Below, piece by piece: positions 1 to 14,479 of a stretch of DNA of 64,000 nucleotides. Source of the stretch: Eledone cirrhosa (lineage: Eukaryota); the NCBI GenBank assembly GCA_964016885.1, contig OZ024741.1, positions 16,120,001-16,184,000 of the forward strand. Direction: 5' to 3'. Numbering within the stretch: the stretch's first letter is position 1; every line of letters begins with the position of its first letter. The translations under genes and the position numbers were made by a program. Below the pieces are notes generated by a model, which ran no database searches, had not been told where the DNA came from, and saw nothing but the letters and a program-made list of their open reading frames with translations.

Positions 1-1229
1 TGGCTGCGGTGGTTGTGTTGTTTTATTGAGTGAGGGGTTGGGTGGGACTGTGTTTTGTTTTTGGGAAATGTGTTGTGTCTGTTTGTGCTGTGATGGTGGT
101 GTAGTTTTACTGAGGGACGGGTTGGGTGGGACTGAGTTTTGTTGTTTGTTTATCTGTTGTGGTGGTGGTGGTGGAGCTGGTGTTGGTAGCAGGGTTTTCT
201 TGTTGTTGAGTTGGGGACAAGCCACCTTCAGGTGCCCTCTGCCTGCACAGATATGACAGGACGGCCTTCTCCCCTCCACGCTAATGTTTATATACCCGTG
301 GCCCTCTAATAGGATTCTGTCGGGTATTTGGGAAATGCGTTCAGGCTTCATTTGCACTACAAGTTCTATACCTGTTCCACTGAACGCATTGCCTGTGGTT
401 TTCCCAATGGAAATCACGTTGTCATTCGCTGGATCGATGAAGCCAGCTATGAGCCAGCAGTAGTCCATATCTGGCATCATCGCATCCAGCCATATGCGCT
501 GAGTTCTTTTACCCATATAAGATGGATAAAAGGTAAAATTTGTCGAACGAATCGGCGACAAAGCATATTTTTTCGCTGCTGATTCGTTCTTCATAATAAT
601 GGCCAGGCTTCCATACAGCCTGTCTCTTCTTATGAAAGTGGCTTCATTAAATACTTCTCTAAGTACCGCTTTAATTTCCACTTGTGTTGGTTGTTGTGGC
701 TTTTTTGAGATGTTGTTGATGTTGCGGAAAACGGCCGTCCGACTTTCAATATCTTTGGTGAGTTCTTGGGGCATTTTTACCGACAAGGCTCCATTTTCCC
801 CTTGAGTTATGAATTGTTTGGCGTTTTTTATTCTTTGTGCCACATCTGAAATATTTTCAGGTATGTACGTTAAATATTTTTTTGTTGTTTGTGCAAATGA
901 GATGTTATTGGTGTTGACTTTGTCGTCTGTTTTGCTTTCTGTTATGATGTTGTTGTTTTCAAATGTTATTTTTGTGTTTGTTGTTTCTTTGTTTGTGGTA
1001 TTAATATTGTCATGCAATTCTTTCAAATTTTTTTTGTTGTTGGAATCAATTCCAGATTTGTGTTTTCGTCGACATTTTTCTCCGCACATTCGTCTGTTTT
1101 TATTTTATTTTTTCTTTCCTTCTCTATGACGTTAGTTGGGAAGGAAGGGGGGACTAAAGCGTGCGAGCTTACAACTCTTACCGCTGTCTCCCCCACCACT
1201 ATTTTCGTTAGCTTCATTTCATTTAACAT
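1..1229 (-). CDS. Gag-like ORF1 of an L1/Tx1-type non-LTR retrotransposon, running off the window edge
   Basis: Manual minus-strand translation is stop-free from the ATG at 1089 to base 1, and is absent from the ORF track because it is open-ended. It contains the CX2CX4HX4C knuckle 'VEGRRPSCHICAGRGHLKVACP' (about 213-280) followed by a Pro/Gln-rich tail. The upstream 68-aa ORF 1023-1229 could join by a frameshift at the A8 run near 1028-1035 (inferred). Confidence 0.75.
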
Positions 1230-1460
1230 TTTTCCCAGACGATTGAAATTTTATGCAACAATTTTTTTTAAAAACAGGTTTTTCACCCCTGGGAGGGGCG
1301 AAAATGAGCTGACCCACCGCCTGACAGTTCAGACGGGGGGTCAAGCTGCACAATAGTATCAAAATTAAAATTAAACTTACAAAATTTCCGCAATAAATTG
1401 GAACAAAACTTCTGCGCGAAGTGAATTACGTCTAAGCTATCGAACAGACGACAGCTAGAT
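1230..1460 (-). mobile_element. Probable 5' UTR of the ORF1-bearing LINE, abutting a (GATA)n tract
   Basis: Unique sequence upstream of ORF1 ends at the microsatellite starting near 1468. Confidence 0.4.
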
Positions 1461-1467
1461 TAATAAG

Positions 1468-1476
1468 TATATATAT

Positions 1477-1551
<75 letters not shown>

Positions 1552-1667
1552 TAGATAGATAAATAGATAGATAGATAGATACACCATCTTTATACCCCCT
1601 CTCTCTCTCACTCTCTCTCTTTCTCCTCTCTCTCTCTATATATATATATATACACACACACTCAATT

Positions 1668-1750
<83 letters not shown>

Positions 1751-1760
1751 CATACATATA
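1468..1760. repeat. Compound microsatellite (GATA)n/(CT)n/(CA)n/(TA)n
   Basis: Read directly. Confidence 0.95.
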
Positions 1761-2254
1761 GTCTGCAGTTTCTGTCAACCAAATTATATATACAGTTATA
1801 AACACAAAGCAGTTATTCAACCCAATGATATTAGATATTAGATATAACTTGCCCAAGATGCCGGACAACGGGACAGAACCAAGAACAACACCTCCCCTCC
1901 CACCTCGCCATACATACACCATCACACCATACACAACCATCACCGCCACACACACACCACACGCCACCACTATCAACACTACCACCATCACCACACACCA
2001 CCACCATCACAAGTACACAGAAGTAATGTTGTGCTGAAGTCGATTAAATTCTTCAATATAATCGAAGTCAATCTTTATTAACTTGTTTTATTTATTTAAA
2101 CGAAGATTTTTAAGGTTTTGTAATAAAGTAACATGTTTAAATATATTGTATACCACCGATATATATATATAGCTGATCTATATCTGATCTAGCTGTCGAA
2201 ACGGTCGGAGTTCAGCCGTCGGGGTCCTGACTCTTTTGATACTTAGGGTAGTAC

Positions 2255-2433
2255 AGTGTTTATATGTATATTATATCTGTATTTTTGACCGTTGGTCAGT
2301 CAATGGTAAACATTGAGGACCGAATGAATTAACTGATATAAAAGATACAGAAGCGAAAACCATCCAAACAGTGAGTATGTTCTGTTATTAATTCTGGCAA
2401 TATTATTACAACAATATAACCCTCCCCAAGTAT

Positions 2434-2440
<7 letters not shown>
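2255..2440 (+). mobile_element. Solo PLE pseudo-LTR fragment, same family as 13421-14250
   Basis: Matches the reverse complement of about 13480-13670 and ends in CCCTCCCCAAGTATAACAAT fused to (AT)n, like the pLTR ends at 14250, 19306 and 22236. Confidence 0.7.
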
Positions 2441-2465
<25 letters not shown>

Positions 2466-2522
2466 GGAAAAAAATGAAATCGAAAATGCAACTGGAGTCT
2501 TTTTAAGAATATTTATTTGTTT

Positions 2523-2560
2523 CCTTTACCGGTTTCAAAGTTCTTATGCTTTTCAAAAGT
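2523..2560 (-). ncRNA. Degenerate hammerhead-like motif (U3-A8 family, stem II eroded)
   Basis: Minus strand: CTT-TTGAAAA-GCATAAGAACTTT-GAAA-CCGG-TA-AAG. Diverged copy of 10710-10747. Confidence 0.4.
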
Positions 2561-2667
2561 AGAATTGAAATGGAGGGTTTGTGATTTTTCTCGCAGACGC
2601 AACTATTCAAATAGAACTCACATTAAGTTCTTGTCTGAATATGTCACTACCTACAAACAAACTTTTG

Positions 2668-2728
2668 TATTTTATCTGATGAGAGCGTACCATAATTTTG
2701 GTACCCTTGAAATATATATAATAAAATA
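2668..2728 (+). ncRNA. Type I minimal hammerhead ribozyme motif
   Basis: Stem I TATTTTAT/ATAAAATA (8 bp), core CTGATGA, stem II GAG(C)GTACC/GGTAC(C)CTT, GAAA, palindromic stem III A-TATATA-T, cleavage triplet AUA. Paralogue at 22482-22546. Confidence 0.8.
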
Positions 2729-2795
2729 AATATGGTTTTATAAAGATAGCTTCCATTTATTAATATTATTGATATATATATTTATATATATATAT

Positions 2796-2925
2796 ATAGG
2801 AAAATGTTAACCCCGACGGCAGAGCTCAAGCCGTTAAACATTTTCCTATTACCCACTCTACTACACTAAGTATTGAGTACTCTGGTACATTATGGTCCAT
2901 CTGGTTCCTTACCACACTTCCTTCG

Positions 2926-2930
<5 letters not shown>
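2796..2930 (+). mobile_element. Short dispersed element with inverted 5' part (family also at 8246, 22775, 31306)
   Basis: Shares 'ccccgacggcagagctcaagccgtt' and 'cccactctact...aagtattgagtactctggt...ggttccttaccacac' with the other copies; flanked by (TA)n. Confidence 0.75.
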
Positions 2931-2969
<39 letters not shown>

Positions 2970-3092
2970 GCATATATATACAGATGTACAAACACACATA
3001 TATACATCTATATATATACACACACTCGTTTTATTAGCCGTTCTATACACATTTAATAAACCAACATATATCATATACATACACACATATAT

Positions 3093-3172
<80 letters not shown>

Positions 3173-3203
3173 CACATGAATCAAAGTTCTGTTCAAACCA
3201 TTT

Positions 3204-3255
3204 ATTAGCTTACAATTGTTTCGTCCAAACCGAGGTTTGAGGTCTTCGGAGCAAT
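3204..3255 (-). ncRNA. Hammerhead-like motif (U4C core) in the inverted pLTR
   Basis: Reverse-complement copy of 4794-4845 with a weaker stem II (CCTCAAAC/GTTTGGAC). Confidence 0.55.
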
Positions 3256-4793
3256 TTTTCAATGATTGTTTACATACATGACCTCCTCAATAAAAAATCA
3301 GAAGTGTTCGCGTCATGCCAGCACCGCTTCCGACACTCCTTCCAAAACTTTGAACCCAATATATAACAATGTCAGACTTGAACCCATCACCACTTCTAGC
3401 AACACACCTCAAGGGCACACCTTACACCACATCTCCGCACTCAATGATCCACCCTATCTTAACACAATTCGTGACATCTATCTAAAACCTTTTACCCTAG
3501 AAATATCCCCATGTACATCTACTTTTAGTATAATTACCTTCAATTACTTAGACTACATATAACTATATAGTGATATAATGTAAACTTTAAACACTGAATT
3601 ATTTGTGCAAATGTTGTTCTATGTATAGAGTACTATCATTAGATAAATAGAAGATTAATTTATTAACATAATAGAGCTATATAACCTATATGTTGAGTAC
3701 AATGAATTATGTACAAGTGGTATATGAGTTATACATACATGTATAACTTGATAGACAGATTAATGACATTGTAAGTGAGAATTGCTCTTTGGTCTACCCT
3801 AGAGATATTTAACTTTGCCATGCAATCAGCCATGCACTGACCCAGAGCGTACCAGGGGTTATATATAGACGTGGTTCTAATAAGACCCTGTCAGGCTCTG
3901 TGGGTGGACTACATTTACAAAGATCATTGATATGGAGTTCTGACTCTTCATATGGAATATTCAGTTATAGCACTCTATGATAGGGAGTAATCATCCTAAT
4001 ATAGATACCTTTAGTACTTCTTGATAGAGTAGACTGTATTTTAAAGATAGGATACTTAAATTTGGAAACTGTATAAAACCATATATATAAGGGACTCAAT
4101 TTGGATACCTTTTAATGTACATTAGAATAATAAATTTATTTATAAAAATCAGCTAGTTACCTCCCCTCACGCATTAACTCCCCTTAATCACACACATACT
4201 TCCGGAAAATAAAACGATGTAAATTCTCGCAACAAAAACAACCTGCTCTATAAAATTGGATTAAAGTACACTGAGCCGCAACAAGCTGTAATAATCTAAC
4301 CTAATACATCAAACATCCAATACTAAATCATCGTTAATTATGTGAAGGACATATAATCTATATATTACGTTTCCTGGATTGTGAAATTTCTCTGCACACA
4401 AGCTTCTTTATCATACATAAAAAATACTTTACCAATGCAACCCCCATAATACTCTTGATTACCCGCTTAAAGTGCTCGTATTGCATATAACACCTTGCTG
4501 CACAATAATCTTATATAAATAAGACACACGTGCATGCACCACGTGTAACTATTGCATGCACTAACTACTTCAAATGTCTAACAATCTATCCTCTTGCATT
4601 ATCTTCGTAAACTGCCGATCTTATTTTAACTTTAATTTTGTTTTAATATGATTTTGATTTTAATTTTTGAATCTATATTGCTATGCAGAAATATTATAAT
4701 GGATCTCACTCCACTGTGCATCGATATATACATATGTTTCTGTATGTCTCTTGTGTTGGAAAGGAGGTCATGTATGTAAACAATCATTGAAAA

Positions 4794-4845
4794 ATTGCTC
4801 CGAAGACTCCAAACCTCGGTTTGGACGAAACAATTGTAAGCTAAT
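4794..4845 (+). ncRNA. Hammerhead-like motif (U4C core)
   Basis: ATTGCT-CCGAAGA-C-TCCAAAC-CTCG-GTTTGGA-C-GAAA-CAATTG-TA-AGC(T)AAT: 7-bp stem II, palindromic stem III, GUA site. Confidence 0.65.
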
Positions 4846-5149
4846 AAATGGTTTGAACAGAACTTTGATTCATGTGATTTCTATATAACTGCTCTGTAGA
4901 ACAACTGATGTTATTACATTGAGCTATTTATCTTACTTTTAATAAGGTAGTAATAAATTACTGTCCTTCACTGTTTAGGGTTTAAAATATATATAACTAT
5001 AAAAAGTTTTAGTATATACATAACCATAAATAGTATCTTTAATACTATATATATATATATATAGTTAAATATTAGACAGGAACAAAAAACAGAGAGGCAG
5101 TACAAATGGTAGTTTATTAGGTTCACGCTTTTGAGAGTGGGGGGGTCTA

Positions 5150-5213
<64 letters not shown>

Positions 5214-5419
5214 AGTATGTATACGTACATACATATATGTATACAGACATACAGTAGTATGTATATACATACATACATGCACACATATATATATGTGCGT
5301 ATGGGTTTACCGAACATTTATTATAATGCTCGGTTTGTTTGTAAACAAACAGCCCGAATTAAGCCGTACAGTGTTCGGCAAACATCGCTGCACTATTTGT
5401 TCAACACTGACAAAGGAAC

Positions 5420-5458
5420 AATAAACTAGTTTCTAGCTTATTAGCTGTCATCAGCACC
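5420..5458 (-). ncRNA. Minimal hammerhead-like motif
   Basis: Minus strand: GGTG-CTGATGA-C-AGCT-AATA-AGCT-A-GAAA-CTAG-TT-TATT. Canonical core and palindromic stem III, but a weak G-U-rich stem I. Confidence 0.5.
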
Positions 5459-5595
5459 TTCCTGTCAGTTGATTGAACGTTTGAAAGTATATACTTTCCT
5501 TATGCATATTAAATGGCTGAGCAGCCTAATTTGCATATCGAGTGATTTTTTTCGGGCAGGCGTACCGAAAACGATATTTATATATATATATATAT

Positions 5596-6117
<522 letters not shown>

Positions 6118-6262
6118 TAAACGGAATAGAAAATGCTGACAAATTGTTCACAGTTGAAAAATGGTTTAATTAGGAATAAAAGAGTATTAGTGATTGTATG
6201 GGTTAGTATTCAGTTGTGGTTTTAAGTTTTTAAGTTTTTACCGGTTGCGCATTTCTAAATGC

Positions 6263-6840
6263 GGTGGATTGGCAGTATCGGTAGAGGGTCGGACGCCATG
6301 TTAGGGTGGTGGATTGGCAGTATCGGCAGAGGGTTTGACGCCATGTTAGGGTGGTAGATTGGCAGTATCGGTAGAGGGTCGGACGTCATGCTAGGGTGGT
6401 GGATTGGCAGTATCGGTAGAGGGTCGGACACCATGTTAGGGTAGTGGATTGGTAGTATCGGTAGAGGTTCGGACGCCATGCTAGGATGGTAGATTGGCAG
6501 TATCGGTAGAGGGTCGGACGTCATGCTAGGGTGGTGGATTGGCAGTATCGGTAGAGGGTCGGACACCATGTTAGGGTGGTGGATTGGTAGTATTGGTAGA
6601 GGGTCGGACACCATGCTAGGGTGGTGGATTGGTAGTATCGGTAGAGGGTTGGACACCATGTTAGGGCGGTGGATTGGCAGTATCGGTAGAGGGTTGGACG
6701 CCATGCTAGGGTGGTGGATTGGTAGTATTGGTAGAGGGTCGGACACCATGCTAGGGTGGTGGATTGGTAGTATCGGTAGAGGGTCCGACGCCATGTTAGG
6801 GTGGTGGATTGGCAGTATCGGTAGAGGGTCGAACGCCATG
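6263..6840 (+). repeat. 45-bp minisatellite, 13 units, built from the SINE 5' head
   Basis: Unit GGTGGATTGGCAGTATCGGTAGAGGGTCGGACRCCATGYTAGGGT. The 13th unit (6803) continues into the SINE body. Confidence 0.95.
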
Positions 6841-6995
6841 TTTTCCAGCATAGTTACGTCCCTTTCAAATCCTGCCGAGGTTAACTTTGCCTTTCATCCT
6901 TACGGGGTCGATAAAATAAAGTACCAGTAATTTACTGGGTAATTGCTGGCCTTGTGCCTAAAGTAGAAACAATTATTATCATTATTATTTATTAT
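6803..6995 (+). mobile_element. tRNA-derived SINE (main family), internally deleted copy
   Basis: A-box-like TGGCAGTATCGG, partial B box TTCAAATCC, central GCCTTTCATCCTTACGGGGTCGATAAAATAAAGTACC, (ATT)n tail. Confidence 0.85.
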
Positions 6996-7229
6996 CAGTT
7001 GAAAACCAAACCAATAGAGTATTTGTAATATAAACAAGTAATAATACCGCAACTATTCGAAATAGTAAACAAACATTACTTATACCAAAAGTAGAATAAA
7101 TACAAGCAGGTCATATTTCTGTGTCTGTGTGTGTGTATGTGTGTATGTGTGTGTGTAGGGGGGGAGGGGGTGATTTAAAAAAAATACAAACATAGATATA
7201 TATACATGAATACATTTATGGAGATCTTT

Positions 7230-9104
<1,875 letters not shown>

Positions 9105-9106
<2 letters not shown>

Positions 9107-9225
9107 CGAGGGTGGTCTGAAAAGTTCCTGGCTTTGTGTAAAAGAAAATACAGGAGGATTAGTTATGATTTTATTCAACATATTCCCCTCTCAGATTCAT
9201 ACAGAGACCTTCAGTTTTTCTAAGA
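9105..9225 (-). mobile_element. Mariner-family terminal remnant
   Basis: TA-CGAGGGTGGTCTGAAAAGTTCCTGGCTT terminus; reverse complement of 41070-41171. Confidence 0.7.
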
Positions 9226-9754
9226 TTTCGAAAGGTTGGGCCTCCAAATTCTGTACCAGCGATCAAGCCAGGCGATCTTTAACACACACCCCAGAATATA
9301 TATGGTTATGGGGGTCTATCTTCAAAACCATAGGAGGAATTCGTGAACAATCAAACAAACAGACAGAACTATGACTTTATATATAGATAGATATGTGTGT
9401 GTATAAACATATATATTTATAAATTTAGATATCTATTTCTGAATACAGGTGTGGTTACGTTTCATGCATGATAATTGAACATATATTTTCTAAATAATTG
9501 AACATATATTTTCTAAAATGTTCTGGTAAACCGATCAAATCACTATGTAATGGGGACTAATCATATTTCGGTTAGTTTGTGAATACTGTTCCTTAGATAA
9601 CGTTATGCTTCTTTCCAGCTTGAATTGCTTGAATATTCGATAGCATAAAACTCATTAAAGAAATCATTAAAGAAACTTCAGCTTATATATATATTATTTG
9701 TTTGTATGCATATTTTCTTCAGGATGTAAATTAAACCATTTATAGGAGTTTTAC

Positions 9755-9806
<52 letters not shown>

Positions 9807-9809
9807 ATG

Positions 9810-9858
<49 letters not shown>

Positions 9859-10374
9859 AGAGAGGGGGGGGGAGAGAGAGAGAGAGAAAAGGTGAAGTTC
9901 GAAACAGCACGGAAAATATATTTAAGGGTCTGTTTTTCTTTTTTGATTCGTCAAAGTGACATTATTGAAAAGATAACATTATTGAAAAAATGAGAGGGAC
10001 AATTCTTTTTTTTTTTTAAGTTTTATAAAGTATATAAAGTATATAAAGTATATAAAGTATATAAAGTTTTACCCGTTTCGATGTATTATTAAAATTCATC
10101 TTATAAAATGTTGAGTATTGAAATAAAAATTAAATAAGAATTAATAGGAGTTAAAAACTAAGGATTTATAATTAAAATTAAATGTTGAAGTAAGTTTTCT
10201 TCCCTCTTTCTTGCTCAAAATTTGGTGGAAAGACTTACGACCAAATTTTGAGCAAGAAAGGAAGAAAATTTGACGAATCAAAAAAGAAAAACAGCCACTT
10301 AAATATATCTCCCGTGCTATTTCCAACTTCATCTTTTCTCTATATCCACTGTTTTGTATAGAACCTTACTTCCC

Positions 10375-10434
<60 letters not shown>

Positions 10435-10527
10435 TTCATAAATGCATATATACATATATACATCTATGCATATAAATACACACATACATACACACACATG
10501 TATATGTGTATGTGTATGTGTATTTAT

Positions 10528-10569
<42 letters not shown>

Positions 10570-11601
10570 TAGAAAGTGAGGTTTTTTTTACAAAATGAAA
10601 AATAACCGAGGTGTCCTACACGAGTGAAAGTATAAAGAAAAAGAGATGAAATCGAAAATGCAACTGGAGTCTTATTTTTTTTTTTTTAAATATATATATT
10701 TATTTGGTTCCTTTACCGGTTTCGCAGTTCTTCTGCTTTTCAAAAGGTCAGTTGAGATGGAGGGTCTGTGGTTTTTCTCACATCTGGTTGGTCTCTGAAT
10801 GTTACTTGTTTTATATGGAAAAAGTGGCTCGAAATGCCAGGTTTTTCGAGAAGTAATTTGATTGGTTTGTCAATAATTATAATAAATTTCGCGCCAGTTC
10901 GCGTTACAATAGTTCTTCAAATAAGAGGGGGGGTTGTCGCAGGTTGTTTTTTCATATATGAGTGTTTGAATTTCTTTTTACTTGAAAAAAGGGGCTCACG
11001 AAGGCTTTTTTAGGGTTGGTTATAAATGAAATTATGGCTGTCACGTGAACAAGTTTTCATTAAATTTTCGTGTCCTTATTTGGAAATCCATTCTGTAGCC
11101 TTTTTAGGGAATTTTGTGATAAGTGAAAGATAATGGTCAAGAGAAAGGGATGGGAGAATTGCTCTGGTTCAGTGAATATGGTTAGTTCGCTGGGGTGTCA
11201 GAATTCAGATTTTCTATTGAATAAAGAAAGTAAAGATATGTATGTTTATGTGTGTGCTTGTGTGTGTGTGCGTGTGTGTGTGTGTGTTGTGTGTGTGTGT
11301 GTTTGAATTTTTTTACTTAAAAAAAAGGTGGCTCACGAAGGCTTTTTTTTAATAAACGTGATTTGATTGGTTATAAATGAAATTTGGCTGTCACGTGAAC
11401 AAGTTTTCATTACATTTTTGCGCCCTTATTTGGAAATCTATTCTGTAGCCTTTATAGAGAATGTTATGACAATGGAAAGATAGTGGTCAAGAGAAATGGG
11501 ATTGGGAGAATTGTTCTGGTTCAGTGAATATGGTTAGTTCGCTGGGGTGTCAGAGTTCAGATTTTCTATTGAAGTAAAGATATGTATGTTTATTTGTGTG
11601 C

Positions 11602-11657
<56 letters not shown>

Positions 11658-12330
11658 TGGAAGATGATTCTATTAGTAGAAATGGGGGAGGGAGTTGTGT
11701 GTGTGTGTATATGGGTGTTATGTGTGTGTGTGCGAGTATGTTAAGATGGAGAGAATATATATTTTGTGTGTGTGCATATATGTGTGTAGGAAAGTGGTTC
11801 TATTAGTAGAAATGGAGGAGGGGAGTTGTGGGTGTGGGGGTTGTTATGTGTGTGTATGGGTGTTATGTGTGTGGGAGTATGGTTAGCGTGTTAAGATGAA
11901 GAGAATATATATATATATTGTGTGTGTGTGTGTGTGTGTGTGTAGGAAAATGATTCCTTTAGTAGGAATATTTTTGAATGAACATATTTTCCTTACTTAT
12001 TCGTATTTGTTCTGTTGTATTGTCAGTGCAAACGTATGTTAAGGTTTATTTAGTTCGGGTTTTTATTTTCTAAAGTAGAAGGTGTTATGTGTGTGTGTGT
12101 ATGTCATATTATGGTGTTGACATAATGTATATTAAACCATATTTAATGTTGGTCTATATTTTTGAATAAACATATTTTCCTTATTTATTCGTATTTGTTC
12201 TGTTGTATTGTTAGCGCAAAGGTAAAATGGGAAGACTTGGAATTTGGGTGTCTTATTACTTGCGCAAATGTCTAGATGTGCACTTAGTGGTATCTGTCTC
12301 GTGGTTGGATCTCGTAATTGTTGGCGATGA
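10570..12330 (-). mobile_element. Non-coding pLTR/hammerhead-bearing element with internal tandem duplications
   Basis: 10570-10790 matches 2465-2597 and 13201-13400. Internal diverged duplicates 10963-11300 versus 11301-11656, plus smaller pairs between 11657 and 12230. The right boundary is uncertain. Confidence 0.5.
10710..10747 (-). ncRNA. Minimal hammerhead ribozyme motif with U3-A8 compensatory core
   Basis: Minus strand: CCTT-TTGAAAA-GCAG-AAGAA-CTGC-GAAA-CCGG-TA-AAGG. Perfect stems I and II, palindromic stem III ACCGGT, GUA site. Confidence 0.75.
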
Positions 12331-12398
12331 TATTTATATATATATATATATATGATAAAGAACACAATAGCGTCTACAACATCAAAAGATTTTTATTG

Positions 12399-12443
12399 GC
12401 TTACAATGTTTCTTCCTTACGTAACCGCAGGATTCGTCAGAGC
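12399..12443 (-). ncRNA. Minimal hammerhead ribozyme motif
   Basis: Minus strand: GCT-CTGACGA-A-TCCTGCG-GTTA-CGT(A)AGGA-A-GAAA-CATTG-TA-AGC. Confidence 0.65.
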
Positions 12444-12542
12444 TATAAAAGGGGTTTGATTGGTGTTATGGACTCTACCAACCAAACATTCAAGAACAAA
12501 GAGTAAATAGAGTAAAAAGCAAAAGTAGGGGACGATAAGTCT

Positions 12543-13013
<471 letters not shown>

Positions 13014-13200
13014 TATATATATAGCGGAGGAGAAAGTACAATTATATATATAGCGGAGGAGAAAGTACATGAGGTAATTAGAAATGGAAAAAGAGTAATA
13101 ATAATAATCTATAATTAATAATGTATAATAAGGCATGGGGAAGATTACACTATAATAAGGTATAAAAGTAAGAATAAGGTAAAATATATATAATATATAT

Positions 13201-13400
13201 ATATTTATTTATTTGGTTCCTATACCGGTTTCGCAGTTCTTCTGCTTTTCAAAGATGGAAGGTCTGTAGTTTTTCTCACATCTGATTTTTAAAAATAAGT
13301 CTCCAGTTGCATTTTCGATTTCATCTCTTTTTCGTTATACTTTCACTCGTGTAGGACACCTCGGTTATTTTTCATTTTGTAAAAAAATACTCACATTCTA
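13201..13400 (-). mobile_element. Rearranged pLTR copy: hammerhead part plus inverted terminal part
   Basis: 13201-13285 is co-oriented with 10697-10785 and carries a U3-A8 motif at 13219-13256. 13287-13400 is the reverse complement of 10570-10680. Confidence 0.7.
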
Positions 13401-13420
13401 ATATATATATATATATATAT

Positions 13421-14250
13421 AACGGCGATGAATTAATTTTGCGAGGTTTTTTATATGAAAGCGTGTGTCGAAACAAATATTGTTATACTTGGGGAAGGTC
13501 ATATTTGTGTAATAATATTGCCAGAATTAATAATAGAACGCACTCACTGTTTGGTTGGTTTTCGCTTCTGTGTCTTTTATATCGGTTAATTTAATTTTTT
13601 TTTTTTTATTCGGTCCTCAATGTTACCATTGACTGACCAACGGTCAAAAATACAGATATAATATAGACACAAACACATATATATAGTCTAACAAAGTTCT
13701 TTCGTTGCACATCTGCAACATCGTCAGTGGTGCTATTATGTTTCCTCCCGTTGTATTGTATGCCTACGCCATCTTTATTTAGTCTGTTTATTTTTTTTTT
13801 GTCTTCTCTGCGCATGCGTTTGCGTGTGTGTATAGTGTTTTGTTTGATGTGTGTTCGTGTTTGGGTGACTGTGTATTTGTTATTGTATTCTATCTTAGTT
13901 TACTAGTGTGTGTTTATATGTGTTTGTTGTTATTGTGCTTGTGTATGTATTTATTTATTTATTTATACTTCTCTTAGGTCAGTGTTGTTTGTTTGGGTAT
14001 TGTTATTCCATTCATTTTTTCTGTTTAGCCTTGGCCTTCTAAGTTCTATTTCGCTGGCCTCTCTGATTTGCCTATCTGCTGGGTCATTTCTATGTTTAGA
14101 TATTATTCTAATTTCTATGTTGTCTATGTTACCGTCGTGTTGTCCAATATAAAAGACACAGAAGCGAAAACCAACCAAACAGTGAGTGTGCTCTGTTATG
14201 AATTCTGGCAATATTATTACACACATATGACCCTCCCCATGTATAACAAT
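13421..14250 (-). mobile_element. 5'-truncated Penelope-like element with inverted partial pLTR
   Basis: Minus-strand peptide 'QHDGNIDNIEIRIISKHRNDPADRQIREASEIELRRPRLNRKNEWNN' aligns by eye with the GIY-YIG C-terminus at about 21697-21835. Inverted repeats about 13479-13582 and 14147-14250. Confidence 0.85.
13690..13731 (-). ncRNA. Hammerhead motif with an extra nucleotide after A9
   Basis: Minus strand: ACCA-CTGACGA-T-GTTGCA-GATG-TGCAAC-GAAA-GAAC-TT-TGTT. Same architecture as 22056-22100. Confidence 0.7.
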
Positions 14251-14479
14251 ATATATATATATATATATATACATATATAGAGAGAGATATATATATATAT
14301 ACACGTGTTTGTATCTGTCTGTTCGTGTGTAGGTGTGTCCCTATACAATATAACAATATGTATCCCAATAAAATGTATGTCTGTAATAAAACTCCATAAT
14401 CCTTGTCATTCTTATAGTTCCGACATTTTGTACAATTCTGAGATTCAATGAAGAATATTAACCACCATCTTCATCTCTA

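Larger units (their letters stand above)
3169..5040 (+). mobile_element. Decayed Penelope-like element with inverted pLTRs
   Basis: About 119-bp inverted repeats 3169-3287 and 4762-4880, each carrying a hammerhead-like motif. The internal peptide 'HHISALNDPPYLNTIRDIYLKPFTLEI...FNYLDYI' (ORF 3266-3562) resembles the PLE RT segment running from YIDD through IYP..LEI to YLD. Confidence 0.6.

Noticed and set aside
6255-6930. 198-aa and 135-aa repeat ORFs
   Set aside because: Translations of the 45-bp SINE-head minisatellite.
10060-10110. GAAACGGGTA with upstream AAGATGA on the minus strand
   Set aside because: The core and stem II are too degenerate to call.
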